Of a stretch of 43,020 nucleotides of DNA, positions 41,085-43,020 are shown in pieces. Both the position numbers and the translations under genes were made by a program. The first letter of the stretch is position 1. The number at the start of each line of letters is the position of its first letter. Source of the stretch: an archaeon (GTDB taxonomy: Archaea; Aenigmatarchaeota; Aenigmatarchaeia; QMZP01); contig DATEYJ010000020.1 of NCBI GenBank assembly GCA_035256265.1, positions 1 to 43,020 of the forward strand, in the 5' to 3' direction. The notes beneath the pieces were generated by a model. It saw only the letters and a list, made by a program, of their open reading frames with translations, made no database searches and was not told where the DNA came from.

Positions 41085-42239
41085 ATGAAATCCACGCTTC
41101 TGGACGGGAATGCAGCGGCCGCATGGGGAGCACGGCTCTCCAGGGTTCAGGTCGTCCCCAACTTCCCAGTAACCCCGCAGACAGAGCTGATAGAGAAATT
41201 TGCTGAATGGAAGTCCAAAGGGGAATGGAAGGGGGAATTCCTTCCCATGGAGTCCGAGCACAGCGTGCTCTCGGCCGCGATAGCTGCCTCTGCCACGGGA
41301 GCGAGAGCGTTCTCAGGGAGCTCCTCCCAGGGACTTGCCCTCATGCACGAGATGGTCTACGTGGCTTCCGGGATGAGGGTTCCCGTTGTCATGATAAATG
41401 TCTCCCGCGCCCTTTCGGCTCCGATAACACTCTGGCCGGATCATAATGACATCCTGGGGCAGAGGGACGCAGGATGGCTCATATTCTTCTGCGAGAGCAA
41501 CCAGGAGATCTTGGACACGGTAATACAATCCTTCAGGATATGCGAGGATGAGCGCGTCCTCCTCCCCGCTTTCATAAACATGGAGGGCTTCGTCCTCTCC
41601 TACACGAGGGAGCCCACGCATATACCCGAGCAGAAGGCTGTGGACAGATTCCTCCCCAAGTACAGACCAAAGGTCTTCCTAGACCCGAAGAAGCCCATGT
41701 CAGCGGGGATAGGGGTGATGAACGAATATCCTTACTTCCGCTCGCAGGTTTACACTGCCCAGAAAAACGCTTTGGGAGTCATCCAGGAGGTCCACAAGGA
41801 GTGGGAGAAAAAGTTCAGAAGGAAATACGACTTTGTGGAGGAGTTCATGATGGAAGGCGCCCAAGCCGCCCTAGTAACCATGGGCGCGAACAGCTCCATA
41901 GCGAAGGCGGCTGTCAAGAGCCTACGGGCAAAGGGTTTGCCTATAGGCCTCGTGAGGATAAGGGTGTACAGGCCCTTCCCGAGGGAGGCCCTCAAGAAAG
42001 CCCTGGGAAATGTGGAGGCCGTGGGCGTACTGGACCAGAACCTCTCCCCGGGGTACGGGGGGATAGTCTACCCTGAGATAAGGGACTGCCTCTACGACAG
42101 GAGGATTCCCATAAGCGACTTCATAATAAGCCTCGGAGGCAAGCAGATCTCCCAGCAGGAGATCGAGCAGATGGGGATGGAAGCGCTTAAATCCGTTAAG
42201 ACCAAAAAGGAAGTCAGATTGTGGCAGGACGTTGATTGA
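41085..42239 (+). CDS. porA: 2-oxoacid (pyruvate):ferredoxin oxidoreductase alpha subunit
   Basis: LDGNAAAAWGARLSRVQVVPNFPVTPQTELIE...ESEHSVLSAAIAASATGARAF..SSSQGL.LMHE is the typical PorA/VorA N-terminus. Start moved to MKSTLLDG at 41085. Confidence 0.85.
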   Translation: MKSTLLDGNAAAAWGARLSRVQVVPNFPVTPQTELIEKFAEWKSKGEWKGEFLPMESEHSVLSAAIAASATGARAFSGSSSQGLALMHEMVYVASGMRVPVVMINVSRALSAPITLWPDHNDILGQRDAGWLIFFCESNQEILDTVIQSFRICEDERVLLPAFINMEGFVLSYTREPTHIPEQKAVDRFLPKYRPKVFLDPKKPMSAGIGVMNEYPYFRSQVYTAQKNALGVIQEVHKEWEKKFRRKYDFVEEFMMEGAQAALVTMGANSSIAKAAVKSLRAKGLPIGLVRIRVYRPFPREALKKALGNVEAVGVLDQNLSPGYGGIVYPEIRDCLYDRRIPISDFIISLGGKQISQQEIEQMGMEALKSVKTKKEVRLWQDVD

Positions 42240-42275
42240 TGTCAGCTTCAAACTCACAATCGGAAGTGATTTAGA

Positions 42276-43020
42276 ATGAAATACATAGTTACTGGAGGGT
42301 GCGGCTTCATAGGAAGCAATCTCGTGAAGAGGCTTGCAAGGGACGGGAACGAGGTCGTGGTGATAGACGACTGCTCCACTGGCGCGATGTCCAATCTCCC
42401 GGGGAAGTTCACGGTCCTCAGGAAGATAGCTGAGCTCAAGAAGGAGAATGATGTGGACGGGATTTTCCATCTTGGAATGCCTTCCTCCACCCCTTTGTAC
42501 AGGGGCGACCGCACGCTTGTGGGGAAAGCCATATCCGAGTTCATAGAGATCATGGAGTTCGCGAAGGAGAACAGGATCAAGGTCGTCTACACGTCATCCT
42601 CTTCCATCTACAACGGCAACAAGACTCCGTACAAGGAGGACATGCCTATTCTGGCGAAGGACTTCTATACGGAGGGAAGATATGCCATGGAGAGGCTGGC
42701 GAAGGTCTACCATGACTTCTACGGTGTCCGCTCAGTGGGTCTCAGGCTCTTCAGCGTGTACGGGGAGAACGAGAAGAGCAAGGGCAAGTCCGCGAACCTC
42801 GTTTCCCAGATAATATGGGCCAAGCAGAATGGCGAGACGTTCGACGTCTACAACAACGGGGAAACCGTGCGCGATTTCATACATGCCTCGGATGTGGTGG
42901 AGGCTTTCGTGAGGTCCATGAACTCGGACATCGGCTGTGACATATTCAATGTCGGGACAGGCAAGGCCTACACCATAAACCAGATAATCCAGGCCGTGGG
43001 CCTCAAGAACTTCAGGTATG
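42276..43020 (+). CDS. NAD-dependent sugar epimerase/dehydratase (SDR, UDP-glucose 4-epimerase-like), 3'-truncated by the window edge
   Basis: MKYIVTGGCGFIGSNLVKRL (Rossmann GxxGxxG), catalytic YxxxK in FYTEGRYAMERLAKVY, and RLFSVYG. Open to the end of the window. Confidence 0.85.
   Translation, partial: MKYIVTGGCGFIGSNLVKRLARDGNEVVVIDDCSTGAMSNLPGKFTVLRKIAELKKENDVDGIFHLGMPSSTPLYRGDRTLVGKAISEFIEIMEFAKENRIKVVYTSSSSIYNGNKTPYKEDMPILAKDFYTEGRYAMERLAKVYHDFYGVRSVGLRLFSVYGENEKSKGKSANLVSQIIWAKQNGETFDVYNNGETVRDFIHASDVVEAFVRSMNSDIGCDIFNVGTGKAYTINQIIQAVGLKNFRY

Overview
This is an archaeal chromosome segment. The evidence is TFB, thermosome, PCNA, the L21e-Rpo4/F-DUF655 cluster, Pus10, Taw1, an archaeal-type AspRS, TATA boxes about 25-29 bp upstream of start codons (leaderless-style), and bulge-helix-bulge tRNA introns. 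A multi-intron tRNA, an apparent tRNA-Ile(UAU), split Hef and scattered POR subunits suggest an uncultivated small-genome (DPANN-like) lineage, but that is inference only. Housekeeping genes occupy 1-5363 and 27021-43020. Between them lies a ~21.7 kb island (5360-27020) of 14 consecutive genes. Every one encodes a secreted, lipid-anchored or membrane-anchored protein with no recognisable enzyme motif. The island contains a 2058-aa protein with ~84 N-glycosylation sequons co-transcribed with a TM-anchored partner. Divergent from these is a 9.8-kb operon of eight small-to-medium proteins with class-III (DUF361/type-IV-pilin-like) N-termini, ending in a 1256-aa modular Cys-motif protein. Three further anchored surface proteins follow. 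No pilus ATPase, platform protein or prepilin peptidase is present in the window. I regard this island as the candidate undescribed system: a pilus-associated adhesion or cell-cell attachment module. Two other notable items are a tRNA gene interrupted by three introns (29/30, 37-39, 59/60) and a dispersed family of 9-bp-stem GC-rich hairpins (GAAGGCGNC-N3-4-GNCGCCTTC) with compensatory stem changes. The hairpins sit at gene boundaries, inside the tRNA intron and in a small array just upstream of the tRNA. I saw no rRNA, CRISPR array, transposase or integrase. All functional calls come from reading the translated ORFs and motifs by eye; no database search was run.
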